DNA of 64,000 nt from Lachnospiraceae bacterium (GTDB lineage: Bacteria > Bacillota > Clostridia > Lachnospirales > Lachnospiraceae): positions 617 to 64,616 of the forward strand of contig JBGUHN010000043.1 of the NCBI GenBank assembly GCA_045112155.1, written 5' to 3'. The notes beneath the pieces are model-generated. The model had not been told where the DNA came from. It did not search any database and saw nothing but the letters and a program-made list of their open reading frames with translations. This document shows positions 26,061 to 35,447 of this stretch, in pieces. The translations under genes were made by a program, and so were the position numbers. Each line of letters starts with the position of its first letter. The first letter of the stretch is position 1.

Positions 26061-26623
26061 AAACGTGACTCTGTCACAATGATGTCCATAGTGACATCGT
26101 TCTCGCCCGCACACACCGCATCTAACTTCTGAGCCTCGAAAGCCACAAGGATTTTTACCGCCCGCGGACACCTCAAAAGATAGCGATCGTAATAGCCGCC
26201 CCCGTGACCGAGCCTGTTACCGGCTTCGTCGAAGCCGACGCAGGGAACGAGCACGACATCGATCTCTTCCGGTCGGATGATTCGTGACCTTTTTGGGTCG
26301 GGGCTTAAGATATCGAACTTTCCTTTTACAAATGCATCGGATGCGTCCGGCATCGCAGCCTCCATGAGCCCGTGCGGATATGTGACCGGCCAGCAGACCC
26401 GCTTCCCGCGAGAGGCTGCCCACTCATGAAACCTTCTTAGGTCCACTTCATCCCAGGTTGCCATGTAGGAAAAGATAGTCTCTGCGCGGATTGCCGGTTC
26501 CAAAGTCGTGAGAGTTTGGCAGACTGCATGTGAATATGCCGCCCTCTCAGCATCAGAAAGATTCCGCCTCGTAGCGAGACACTGGCTTCGTTGTCGATTC
26601 TTAATATTTCTTAATGTTTCCAT
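26039..26623 (-). CDS. 5-formyltetrahydrofolate cyclo-ligase
   Basis: 194 aa with the 'GNRLGHGGGYYDRYL' signature. Confidence 0.85.
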   Translation of the reverse strand: METLRNIKNRQRSQCLATRRNLSDAERAAYSHAVCQTLTTLEPAIRAETIFSYMATWDEVDLRRFHEWAASRGKRVCWPVTYPHGLMEAAMPDASDAFVKGKFDILSPDPKRSRIIRPEEIDVVLVPCVGFDEAGNRLGHGGGYYDRYLLRCPRAVKILVAFEAQKLDAVCAGENDVTMDIIVTESRFGDGYSH

Positions 26624-26711
26624 GTGATTCCGCTGTTAGAGACGTGTCTAAAAACCTATGGGGCTTTACAATTAGTGCAGGGTACATCGACACATGCAAC
26701 TTCGCAATCAG

Positions 26712-26748
26712 AGTTTAGTGAAAGGAACCATCCCCGATGCGTGAAAAT
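26712..26748 (+). repeat. Isolated copy of the 25948 repeat unit
   Basis: GTTTAGTGAAAGGAACCATCCCCGATGCGTGAAAATC, lying between the AAA gene stop and the cyclo-ligase start. Confidence 0.7.
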
Positions 26749-27881
26749 CAAAGCTCCTTAAGATCCGGCGTCATGATCGTCGTAATATCATTCTCGCTCG
26801 GGTCCTTCATCTCAGCGACGCGTGTCGCCTGATTTGTGATAATGCTTTCGAAGAGGTTGCGGACGTCGCGGGCATTTGCAAAATTCTCGCCCTTGTGGGC
26901 TTCGCGTTCACGGATCATCTTCTCGATTGCAAGCTTTGCCTCGTAGCTGTAGGTGTAGTTGTATTTACGCATGTTGAGCTCAAATATTGAAATCAGCTCA
27001 TCCGCAGTATAGTCCGGGAACTCGATGTACTTGTTGAAACGGGACTTGAGACCCGGATTGCTCTCAACAAATTTCTTCATGAGCTCGGTGTAGCCCGCAA
27101 CGATGACGACAAGATCCTTGCGGTTGTCCTCCATTGCCTTGAGGATCGTGTCGATGGCCTCCTGACCGTAGTCAGCCCCCTCTTTGTTCAGGGTGTAGGC
27201 TTCGTCGATGAAGAGGATTCCGCCCATGGCTTCCTGGATCTTGTCCTGAGTCTTGATGGCTGTCTGGCCGACGAACCCCGCGACGAGCCCGGAGCGGTCG
27301 ACCTCTACAAGCTGACCATTTGAAAGAACGCCGATCTCTTTGTAGAGTTTGGCGAGAATTCGGGCGACGGTGGTCTTGCCGGTTCCCGGGTTGCCGGAGA
27401 ACACAAGGTGCAGAGACACGGGAACTGTTTTCATTCCGCGCTCCTCACGAAGCTTCTGGGTCTTGACCAGGTTCACGAGCTCCTTGACATCCTTTTTGAC
27501 CGCGTCGAGACCGACAAGCTCATTCAGATCGTCCATGCCGGTCTTCTCGGGTTTTGCCTGCTTGGGCTTTTTCTGGGGACCGGTCGCCTTGGCGAATTTG
27601 TCTTCATCCGCTTTGGCAGTGGTTTCGGAGGTTGCGGCGCCGGTGTCATTTGCAGCTCCCTGCTTTCCGGCAGCTCCGCTCTGGGAAGCAGGTTTTCCCT
27701 GCGCGGGAGCAGCGCCTCCTTGAGGCTTTTTTGTCATCGTGGTCTTTGAGGATTTTCCGTCAGTACTGCTGGTTTTAATTGTACTGTTCATCAGATCCTG
27801 ATTGCCCCCGAAGAAGTCTTTGAGCATTTCTTTCCTTATATTGTCTATTGAGCGATTGATGTCATTTATATCACTGGACAT
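26748..27881 (-). CDS. SpoVK/CbxX-type AAA+ ATPase
   Basis: Walker A 'GNPGTGKTTVAR' and Walker B 'ILFIDEAYTL'. N-terminal low-complexity region. GAGGAG RBS. Confidence 0.8.
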   Translation of the reverse strand: MSSDINDINRSIDNIRKEMLKDFFGGNQDLMNSTIKTSSTDGKSSKTTMTKKPQGGAAPAQGKPASQSGAAGKQGAANDTGAATSETTAKADEDKFAKATGPQKKPKQAKPEKTGMDDLNELVGLDAVKKDVKELVNLVKTQKLREERGMKTVPVSLHLVFSGNPGTGKTTVARILAKLYKEIGVLSNGQLVEVDRSGLVAGFVGQTAIKTQDKIQEAMGGILFIDEAYTLNKEGADYGQEAIDTILKAMEDNRKDLVVIVAGYTELMKKFVESNPGLKSRFNKYIEFPDYTADELISIFELNMRKYNYTYSYEAKLAIEKMIREREAHKGENFANARDVRNLFESIITNQATRVAEMKDPSENDITTIMTPDLKEL

Positions 27882-28036
27882 GTCATTTCTCCTCGAAGAT
27901 TTTATGCAGATTTGATGTTATTATATGCTGATTTTTCGTGCGGTGCAAGGAGAAGCGGGGGGTGCCTTTGGACCTGGCTGGTTTCAACGAGATGATGGCA
28001 GTGACTTTATAGCAGTAAGTCTTAGCTAATCTTATG

Positions 28037-28066
28037 TTGTTTAGCTGTTTATACTACATTTATAAT
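28037..28066 (+). promoter_or_regulatory. Candidate sigma-70-type promoter for the 28144 gene
   Basis: TTGTTT, 18-nt spacer, TATAAT (28061-28066), about 80 nt upstream of the ATG. Confidence 0.3.
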
Positions 28067-28143
28067 GGTTACATAAATCATATCGGTGATATCTGCTTCA
28101 TGAACTGAAGATGAAGCAACCAAGCTGAAGACGGGGAAAGACT

Positions 28144-29310
28144 ATGCAGCCTAAAACAAACAACAAATCATTGGGACAGCGGCTTTTTAAAGCGATTGCT
28201 GTTATTCTTGGTCTGCTTATTCTGGTGTGTGCCGCCTATGCTGTCTATGTATTCGTGTCCTACCACAGAATAGAAGACAAGCAGGAACTCACGGTCATGA
28301 ATAAGAATGAGGGGATCACTGACGACGCAACCAATGGCACCACTTCCGGCGCTGCTAACAGCACCAACAATACTGCAGATACAGCCAAAACCAACACCGA
28401 ATACTCCATCGTCACCTACAATGTAGGCTTTGGAGCCTACACGCCGGACTACAGCTTCTTCATGGATGGCGGCAAATCCTCCTGGGCTAAGAGCAAGGAC
28501 AGCGTGATAGAAACAATCGGGGGATGTATAAAAACCCTGCTGGACATCGATCCGGATATCTCTTTAATAGAAGAAATAGACCTGAACGCCACCAGAAGTT
28601 ATCATGTGCCGGAGCTGGATTACTTTGCGAGAGACCTGGCTTATGAGAACTATGTGTTTGCGGTCAACTATGATTCAGCCTTCCTGTTCTATCCCCTGAC
28701 TCAGCCGCACGGCAAGACGCTGGCAGGAATCGGGACCTTCTCGAAATTCCCGATCACATCTGCTGTGCGCCGCAGCTTTCCAATTTCCGAGGGCTTTTCG
28801 AAAATCTTAGATCTGGACAGATGTTATTCGGTTGCCAAGATCCCGGTCGAAAACGGACGGGAGCTTGTGGTCTATGCCGTCCACATGTCAGCCTACGGCA
28901 ATTCCGCTGAGGTGCGCGAGGGCCAGAAGATAATGCTTCTTCAGGACATGAAAGAAGAGGTTGACAAGGGAAATTATGTGATTTGCGGTGGAGATTTTAA
29001 TCACGATCTTGTCGCGGATGATAGTTCGACTGATGTCGAAAGCTGGGCGTATCCGTTCCCGAGGTCATATATTCCTGAGGGGCTGCACATATGTCTGGAT
29101 TATCTTACAAATGAAGAAAAAGCCGCACTTGCACCCACCTGCCGTAGTGCGGAGACCGAGATGAAGCCCGACATGGTGACATATGTGCTGGATGGCTTCA
29201 TTATCTCGGACAATGTTGAGCAGGTGTCCTATGAGACAGTAGACACCGGGTTCGAGTATTCAGACCATAACCCGGTGAGACTTGTATTCAAATTGAGCGA
29301 GGGCAGTTGA
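28144..29310 (+). CDS. Membrane-anchored endonuclease/exonuclease/phosphatase (EEP) family protein
   Basis: N-terminal TM 'AIAVILGLLILVCAAYAVYVFV'. 'IVTYNVGFG', 'GGDFNHD' and 'SDHNPV' EEP motifs. Confidence 0.75.
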   Translation: MQPKTNNKSLGQRLFKAIAVILGLLILVCAAYAVYVFVSYHRIEDKQELTVMNKNEGITDDATNGTTSGAANSTNNTADTAKTNTEYSIVTYNVGFGAYTPDYSFFMDGGKSSWAKSKDSVIETIGGCIKTLLDIDPDISLIEEIDLNATRSYHVPELDYFARDLAYENYVFAVNYDSAFLFYPLTQPHGKTLAGIGTFSKFPITSAVRRSFPISEGFSKILDLDRCYSVAKIPVENGRELVVYAVHMSAYGNSAEVREGQKIMLLQDMKEEVDKGNYVICGGDFNHDLVADDSSTDVESWAYPFPRSYIPEGLHICLDYLTNEEKAALAPTCRSAETEMKPDMVTYVLDGFIISDNVEQVSYETVDTGFEYSDHNPVRLVFKLSEGS

Positions 29311-29313
29311 AGT

Positions 29314-30645
29314 TTACTCAGCAGCCTCACCGTTCACAAATGAAACCGTCATCACCGTCCCCACGCCAACCTTGCTCTCCATGTCAATCACAGCCCCATG
29401 AAGCATAGCGCTGTGCTTCACGATCGAAAGCCCGAGACCGGTTCCGCCGGTCTCTTTTGAGTGGCTCTTGTCGACGCGGTAGAAGCGCTCGAACGCGCGC
29501 TCCTGCTCCGACTCGGGTATGCCGATGCCGGTATCTTTCACTCGCAGGGTCACGACGCCGTCGACTCGGCCGACCCAGACGTCTACTTTTCCATTTTCCT
29601 TATTATACTTGATAGCGTTTTCGCAAATGTTATACACCATCTCATCCAGCGGCTGCCTGATTCCCAGTACAGATTCATGACTGCCGGACATTGTTATGCG
29701 CACATTTCGGCGCTGGGCTTCATCGGAGAGGCGGTCGCAGACTGCATTTGCAATATCATAGAGATCAAGCTGTTCCTTACTGGCATAGATTTCATTCTCA
29801 TCGAGCTTTGAGAGTCGAATTGTGTCGTCGATCAGCCGCATCAGCCGCTGGGCTTCCCGGTAAATCTTTTCGGAAAACTTCGGTATGTCCTCCTCGCGGA
29901 CCAACCCTTCCTTCATGATTTCCGCGTAACCGGAGATGGAGGTGAGAGGGGTCTTGAGTTCGTGGGAGACATTTGCAGAAAACTCTTTGCGCAGGTTCTC
30001 ATTGGCCGCCGTCTCCTTATTCTGCCGGTCGATGCGCAGCAGGAGGGGCTGGAGCTCCTCGTAGACCTCGTTCTTCAGCGGATCGTTCAGATCCAGATCG
30101 TTGATCGGGCGGACCAGGCGGTCGGCCTCCCGACGGGAACTCAATATCGCTATAAAAGTAATGACAATGGTCATCAGAATGACCAGCGGAGACAGGCTCA
30201 GCGCGATGATGAAAATGCTATCCATCTCCTTTGACAGACGCAAAATGTTTCCGTCATCGAGACGCTTGGCATAATAGAACCGCTGCACCTTGACGCTGTC
30301 GGAGCTTCTCAGGTCGGTGCCGGTGCCATAGGCCAAAGCGTCGATAATCTCCGGACGCTTGCTGTGATCCTCAAGAGTGATCTCGTCCTCCACTGAATCG
30401 TAGAGAACCTGGCCGTCGGGGCTGATCAGCGTTGCACGCGTCGTATTTTGCAGGTTGCCGAGCTGCTCGATATAGCTTCCGCCGAAGTGATTGATGCAGT
30501 CGGAGAGGTATTCGGCCTCCTGGGCGATCTCCCGCTGCATGTTCGACCGGCCTTCATGGTAGATCTCGCCGATCATGATTGAAAATGCCACCACGACCGT
30601 CAGCATAATATGTATCAATATAGAAGTTCGAATTCTTTTTCTCAT
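29314..30645 (-). CDS. Sensor histidine kinase (PhoR/VicK-like)
   Basis: Two TMs. H-box 'SHELKTPLTSISGYAE'. N, G1 and G2 boxes ('ENAIKYN', 'DTGIGIP', 'GGTGLGLSIV'). Confidence 0.85.
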   Translation of the reverse strand: MRKRIRTSILIHIMLTVVVAFSIMIGEIYHEGRSNMQREIAQEAEYLSDCINHFGGSYIEQLGNLQNTTRATLISPDGQVLYDSVEDEITLEDHSKRPEIIDALAYGTGTDLRSSDSVKVQRFYYAKRLDDGNILRLSKEMDSIFIIALSLSPLVILMTIVITFIAILSSRREADRLVRPINDLDLNDPLKNEVYEELQPLLLRIDRQNKETAANENLRKEFSANVSHELKTPLTSISGYAEIMKEGLVREEDIPKFSEKIYREAQRLMRLIDDTIRLSKLDENEIYASKEQLDLYDIANAVCDRLSDEAQRRNVRITMSGSHESVLGIRQPLDEMVYNICENAIKYNKENGKVDVWVGRVDGVVTLRVKDTGIGIPESEQERAFERFYRVDKSHSKETGGTGLGLSIVKHSAMLHGAVIDMESKVGVGTVMTVSFVNGEAAE

Positions 30646-30735
30646 GATCTATTTTTCTTAGAAGTTCGGATTCATTTTCTCATGATATATTTTCTTAGAA
30701 GTTCGGATTCGCTTTCTCATGATTTCTTCTTCTCT
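30621..30735 (-). repeat. 37-38-bp tandem triplication of the response-regulator-stop / kinase-start junction
   Basis: TAGAAGTTCG(A/G)ATTC.(T/C)TTTCTCATGAT units at 30621, 30659 and 30696. On the minus strand each encodes ATGAGAAA..GAAT.CGAACTTCT (MRKRIRTS). Confidence 0.85.
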
Positions 30736-31417
30736 GCTTTGAGCGCATGCGATATCCGATGCCTCGGACGGTCTCAATGCAGTCACCGGCTTCGCCGAGC
30801 TTTTGGCGAAGAGTCGCAATATGCACATCGAGCGTGCGGGATTCGCCTGAGAAGTCGTGCCCCCAGATCTCATCTATCAGAGAAGATCTCGGGATAACAA
30901 TTTCTGGATTGCTGAGGAGCCGCTTCATCAGCTCAAATTCTTTGTTGGTCAGGTCGATTGCTTTGCCGTTAAGATGGAAGGAATGCTTCATCTCATTAAG
31001 CTCAAAGCGGCCGTAACGGAGGCTGCTGTCCGACTCTTTCTCCACGGTGGTCCTGCGAAGAACCGCGCGAATCCTGGATATGAGCTCCATCATGCCGAAA
31101 GGTTTAGTGACATAGTCATCAGCTCCCATATCGAGAGCCATGACCTTGTCATATTCGGCGCCTTTGGCTGTCAGCATGATGACCGGGATTTTTTGGGTCT
31201 CCGCCTGTTTCTTGATTTGATGAAGGATTTCCATGCCGTCGACCCCGGGCAACATGATGTCAATAAGGATGAGATCAGGGAGATCGTCCTCCTCGATGGC
31301 TTTGTAGAAGGAGCTGCCGTCTTCAAAGCCGCGGGCAGAGAAGCCGGTCGTCTCGAGTGTGTATGTGACCAGTTCGCGGATGCTGGAATCGTCTTCTATG
31401 CAATAAATTAGGCTCAT
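30695..31417 (-). CDS. OmpR/PhoB-family response regulator
   Basis: ATG at 31417 sits 9 nt after GGAGGA. Receiver 'IEDDSSIREL..LILIDIMLPGVDG..LTAKG'. Winged helix 'LTNKEFELMKRL..TLDVHIATLRQKL..VRGIGYRM'. Confidence 0.85.
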   Translation of the reverse strand: MSLIYCIEDDSSIRELVTYTLETTGFSARGFEDGSSFYKAIEEDDLPDLILIDIMLPGVDGMEILHQIKKQAETQKIPVIMLTAKGAEYDKVMALDMGADDYVTKPFGMMELISRIRAVLRRTTVEKESDSSLRYGRFELNEMKHSFHLNGKAIDLTNKEFELMKRLLSNPEIVIPRSSLIDEIWGHDFSGESRTLDVHIATLRQKLGEAGDCIETVRGIGYRMRSKQRRRNHEKANPNF

Positions 31418-31624
31418 TTGAAATTGTCCTCCGATGCTGATTGATACCTGCGGACTCCTCTTCGCTTCGGTCGGAAACACAGGCTTGCCAGCATTTAGTG
31501 TGAGGTATATGCTGGCATGTTCTCGCGCATACATAATTAATTGTAAAAAAATGGAGATAAAAGTGCAATAGCGGATTGAGTTTCGTTCCTTACACAATTA
31601 AAATGTACGTGGCAGTGTGATAAT

Positions 31625-31908
31625 AGCTGCCTTGGCCTGTGGGCATATGGAATTAATGCTTCAATGGCCCATGGGCTCATGATCTACGAATCATGAAAGG
31701 CAACGAATTTTGGATTTCATGGGAAAATAGCTGCCTTTGGTCTGAGGGCGCATGTTCCACGAATCATGAGAGGCAACAGATTTTGGATTTTCAATGGAAA
31801 AAAGTTGCCTTTGGTCTGAGGGCGCATGTCCGACAGATCATGAAAGGCAACAGATTTTGGATTTTCAATGGAAAATAGTTGCCTTTGGTTTGTGGGCACT
31901 TGTTAAAC
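31625..31908 (+). repeat. 74-bp tandem repeat (about 3.5 units) upstream of the 31930 gene
   Basis: AG(C/T)TGCCTTTGGTCTGAGGGCGCATGT...ATCATGA(A/G)AGGCAACAGATTTTGGATTTTCAATGGAAAA at 31729, 31803 and 31877. Each unit has the inverted repeat GTTGCCTTT/AAAGGCAAC. Confidence 0.85.
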
Positions 31909-31929
31909 TAGCAAGACGGAGAATAAAAT

Positions 31930-33477
31930 ATGAAGAAAATAATTCGACGAGCCGCAGCGATATGCATGGCGGTGATGATCCTTGCATCCGGCTGCGGCAG
32001 CGGGAGTGAGCCTGCGGCGGTGCCGGATGAATCGACAGTTGAGGCAATAGAGAAAATTCAGATTGAAATCGAGTATGATGGCGACGAAGTGCTTGGAGAT
32101 GCGATCCGCAAAGCTACGTATGGGTTTAACGAATCCCAGGATATCTATGTGGCATCTGTGGGGAGTACGGGGGTTAACCTCCAAGAGTTGGCCGGCGACC
32201 CGCAAAGTGCCGAGAGCATGACGGATGAAGTTGATGGAACAGAAAGTGCTGAGAGCCAGTCGGAAGAAGCCGGTGGGACAGAGAATAGCGAGGACCTGTC
32301 GCCTGACAGTGGTCAGCGTGTTGGATCACTGACAGCTTCCGTGGTTTTTACAGATGACAACATGGCAGCAGCGTATGCCTCGGACTACCGACGACTGGAC
32401 CTTCGTACTTGCAAGAGCAGTGAGTCGGGAAAGAACTCGCTGTACAGTATCATCGATTCACTTCCTGAGCACATGTATGAAACAGTGTGCGACGAGGAGC
32501 GTGGAATCTTTTATCTGCCTGTCTCAGTGACTGCACCAGTTCTTTATTATAATAAGACGGTGTATGATGGGTTAGGTTTGTCCCTTCCGCAGACATTTTC
32601 ACAGCTGAGAGACAATAGTTTGAATATCTATGCAAAGTACAGGACACCGGGCTATCTTCCTTATGATCTTGAAGGTGATGTCGTCGCCATGATGAGGGAG
32701 CAGGAAGCGCTGGCGGTTCAGTCTGAGAGCGGGAGTGAGAGCGGTGCAGAGGCTGGCGATGTGGGCACGCAGATTGGCGAAGCAGGTGCGCAAACTGGCA
32801 ACTCAGGAGATCAGGCTGGCAATACTGGCGTCCAAACAGGTGATGCAAGCACACAGGCCGGCAATACAAGTACGCAAACAGCACCGGGAAGCGCTGATAA
32901 CAGCGACCTTCAGCAAACAATGACGGATGCTGAAGTTCTTCAATTCTTTGCGGGAAACTGCGAAGCAGGATACTTCAGGATGGTTCAGCATGAGGCGTCT
33001 CCGGCACTGGATTTTGCTACGGGCGCTGTTGCAGCATTTGCCGGAACTCCGGAAGATTATGAGATGGCTACAGCGGGTGTGACTTTTGATGTGGGGACAA
33101 TTCCCTGGATCATGGATTGCGAGGATGCCATATATTGGGTTGATACCAGTGGGATGATCTTCTTTGACCAGGGAGATGAGAGGAACGCCGGAGCGGCAGC
33201 TTTTGCTGAGTATCTGCTCAGGGACGATGTGTGTTCTGAGTTTCTGGAATCTGTCGGCGGGCTCTCACCATACCGCACGGTGTACGAGTCACAGGCCTAC
33301 CGTAAGAACAGGCGGGGATTCGATGAAATCACAATGGCTGCTTCAGATGAGATTCAGCGGGCTGACTTTGTGCTCATGTCCGATCCGAAACGCAGAGAGC
33401 TTGATGAGCTGCTTCTTTATATAATTGACAAGCGGGTGACGGCTGAGGACGCTGTGAGGATTTTTGTGGGGAGCTGA
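31930..33477 (+). CDS. Lipoprotein, extracellular solute-binding-protein-like, with low-complexity inserts
   Basis: Lipobox 'ILASGCGS'. 'FYLPVSVTAPVLYYNKTVYDGLGL' resembles family-1 SBPs. No adjacent permease genes. Confidence 0.5.
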   Translation: MKKIIRRAAAICMAVMILASGCGSGSEPAAVPDESTVEAIEKIQIEIEYDGDEVLGDAIRKATYGFNESQDIYVASVGSTGVNLQELAGDPQSAESMTDEVDGTESAESQSEEAGGTENSEDLSPDSGQRVGSLTASVVFTDDNMAAAYASDYRRLDLRTCKSSESGKNSLYSIIDSLPEHMYETVCDEERGIFYLPVSVTAPVLYYNKTVYDGLGLSLPQTFSQLRDNSLNIYAKYRTPGYLPYDLEGDVVAMMREQEALAVQSESGSESGAEAGDVGTQIGEAGAQTGNSGDQAGNTGVQTGDASTQAGNTSTQTAPGSADNSDLQQTMTDAEVLQFFAGNCEAGYFRMVQHEASPALDFATGAVAAFAGTPEDYEMATAGVTFDVGTIPWIMDCEDAIYWVDTSGMIFFDQGDERNAGAAAFAEYLLRDDVCSEFLESVGGLSPYRTVYESQAYRKNRRGFDEITMAASDEIQRADFVLMSDPKRRELDELLLYIIDKRVTAEDAVRIFVGS

Positions 33478-33599
33478 TGAAACCCAACAGGAGCAAAGGC
33501 AGCAACATAACTCGGAAGCAATGTGCCGTCACGCACATTGAACTTATTGAAAACACAAAAGAGATTGTCTCATCATTCTGAACTCTTGACAAAGATAGT

Positions 33600-34795
33600 T
33601 TAGATGAGTAGGCAGTCTCTTTTTTTATGCGGATGTGTGCTCGACTGCCAAAACGAGAATAGGCAGTATATTTTGCAAAACAATACGCATGTGCAGTGCT
33701 ATACAAGGGTCAAATCAAGTGCCTTAGGCAGTCACGCAAGATCGTTTTAAGCTTAATCAGCTGAATGATAATGAAAAAATGTAGTTCAGAAGCAGTCACC
33801 TTTATTGAGTATGGTATTCGATGACTGTATGACTTTCTTAAATCAGATTTTCGTTTTCAGTAGAACAGAGGTGGTTTCAGCGAAAGCTACTGCCCACCAT
33901 GACACGTGGGCAGTCACGAACCGCCGCATTGACCTAAGATGACTGTCCGCCATCAATCTTGCTTTCAGTAGAATAGAGTAAATTTCAATGAAAGCTACTG
34001 CCCACCCTGACATGCGGGCAGTCACGAACCGCCGCTTTGACTTAAGATGACTGCCCGCCATCAATCTTGCTTTCAGTAGATCAGAGGTGATTTCAGCGAA
34101 AGCTACTGCCCACCATGATACCCGGGCAGTCACAAACCGCCGCATTGACCTATGATGACTGCCCGCCATCATTCTTGCCTTCAGTAGATCAGAGTAAATT
34201 TCAATGAAAGCCACTGCCCGCCATGACACTCGGGCAGTCACGAACCGCCGCATTGACCTATGATGACTGCCCGCCATCAATCTTGCTTTCGGTAGAATAG
34301 AGTAAATTTCAATGAAAGCTACTGCCCGCCATGACACTCGGTCAGTCACGAACCGCCACATTGACCTAAGATGACTGCCCGCCATCATTCTTGCCTTCAG
34401 TAGAATAGAGTAAATTTCAATGAAAGCCACTGCCCACGATGATACTCGGGCAGTCACGAACCGCCGCATTGACCTAAGATGACTGCCCACCAACATTCTT
34501 GCTTTCAGTAGAATAGAGTAAATTTCAATGAAATCTACTGCCCGCCATGACACGCGGTCAGTCACGAACCGCCGCATTGATCTAAGATGACTACCCGCCA
34601 TCAATCTTGCTTTCAGTAGAATAGAGTAAATTTCAATGAAATCTACTGCCCGCCATGCAACTCGAGCAGTCACGAACCGCCACATTGACCTAAGATGACT
34701 GTCCGCCAACATTCTTGCTTTCAGTAGAATAGAGGTGATTTCAGCGAAAGCCACTGCCCGCCATCATCCTTGTTCAGTAGAATAGAGAAGAATTC
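33600..34795 (-). repeat. Composite repeat element copy 3 (inverted): tail 33600-33842, about nine 108-bp units 33843-34795
   Basis: Same unit and tail as the other copies (GCATGTGCAGTGCTATACAAGGGTC, CAGAAGCAGTCAC). The spurious 303-codon ORF 33843-34754 runs through the array. Confidence 0.9.
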
Positions 34796-34831
34796 AATAA
34801 AAGAGACTGCCGCATAAATGCAGCAGCCTCT
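34795..34831 (-). terminator. Rho-independent terminator of the Hpt gene
   Basis: AGAGGCTGC / GCAGTCTCT stem on the minus strand, followed by TTTATTG. Directly abuts the first repeat unit. Confidence 0.55.
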
Positions 34832-34877
34832 TTATAAATTACAAGCCAAAGCAATCACAAGCCATTCAGCCCGACAC

Positions 34878-35240
34878 TCAAGCCCCCACCTTCTCAGTGA
34901 ACTCATTAAAGAGCCCCACAACCCTCGCGTAGTTATCCTCCAGGCAAGAGCGGACACTCTCTCCGCTGTAAGCCGGGCGCAGATCCTCGACCAGCGAGCA
35001 CACAGCCTCGTAGAGAGGGGTCAGTGACAGGTTGCCGGTATCGCCCTTCAGCCCGTGGGCAGCCTCGAACGCGCGGCGGTAATCGCCGGCCTCCATAGCC
35101 TGAGCCAGCTTACCCATGCCGTTCTCCTGAACGAACCCGGACAGCAGGGTCTCATAAAAATCCTCATCTCCGCCAAGGCGTTCCAGCCCCTCCTCGATAT
35201 CACATCCCCAATCTTCTAACACATCAAGCATGTCAGCCAT
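34878..35240 (-). CDS. Histidine phosphotransfer (Hpt) domain protein
   Basis: 120 aa from the ATG at 35240. 'AAHGLKGDTGNLSL' HxxKG motif. The upstream part of the tracked ORF is a 45-bp repeat. Confidence 0.8.
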   Translation of the reverse strand: MADMLDVLEDWGCDIEEGLERLGGDEDFYETLLSGFVQENGMGKLAQAMEAGDYRRAFEAAHGLKGDTGNLSLTPLYEAVCSLVEDLRPAYSGESVRSCLEDNYARVVGLFNEFTEKVGA

Positions 35241-35270
35241 TAAATACCCCTCAATATTTGTTTTTTCTAA

Positions 35271-35442
35271 AAATCGCAACGATAGTGAGGTAAGCAACAT
35301 AGCCCCCTGCCCACTAAACCGCAACGATAGTGAGATGAACAACATAGATCCCTGCCCACTAAATCGCAACGACAGTGAGATGAGCAACATAGCCCCCTGC
35401 CCGCTAAATCGCAACGACAGCGAGATGAACGCCGCCCGGGAG
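35271..35442 (-). repeat. 45-bp tandem repeat x3.8 between the kinase stop and the Hpt start
   Basis: AAA(T/C)CGCAACGA(T/C)AGTGAG.T.A.CAACATAG..CCCTGCCC.CT at 35271, 35316, 35361 and 35406. Confidence 0.85.
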
Positions 35443-35447
35443 AAGAA

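Noticed and set aside
30658-30873. 71-aa minus-strand ORF ending in MRKRIRTSKKIYHEKMNPNF
   Set aside because: It overlaps the 3' end of the response-regulator gene out of frame. Its end is created by the middle copy of the junction triplication.
33843-34795. Possibility that the 108-bp arrays are CRISPR arrays
   Set aside because: The whole 108-bp unit is repeated with only point differences. There are no unique spacers, no leader, and no cas genes in the window. The period is far from the 55-75 bp of CRISPR repeat-spacer units.
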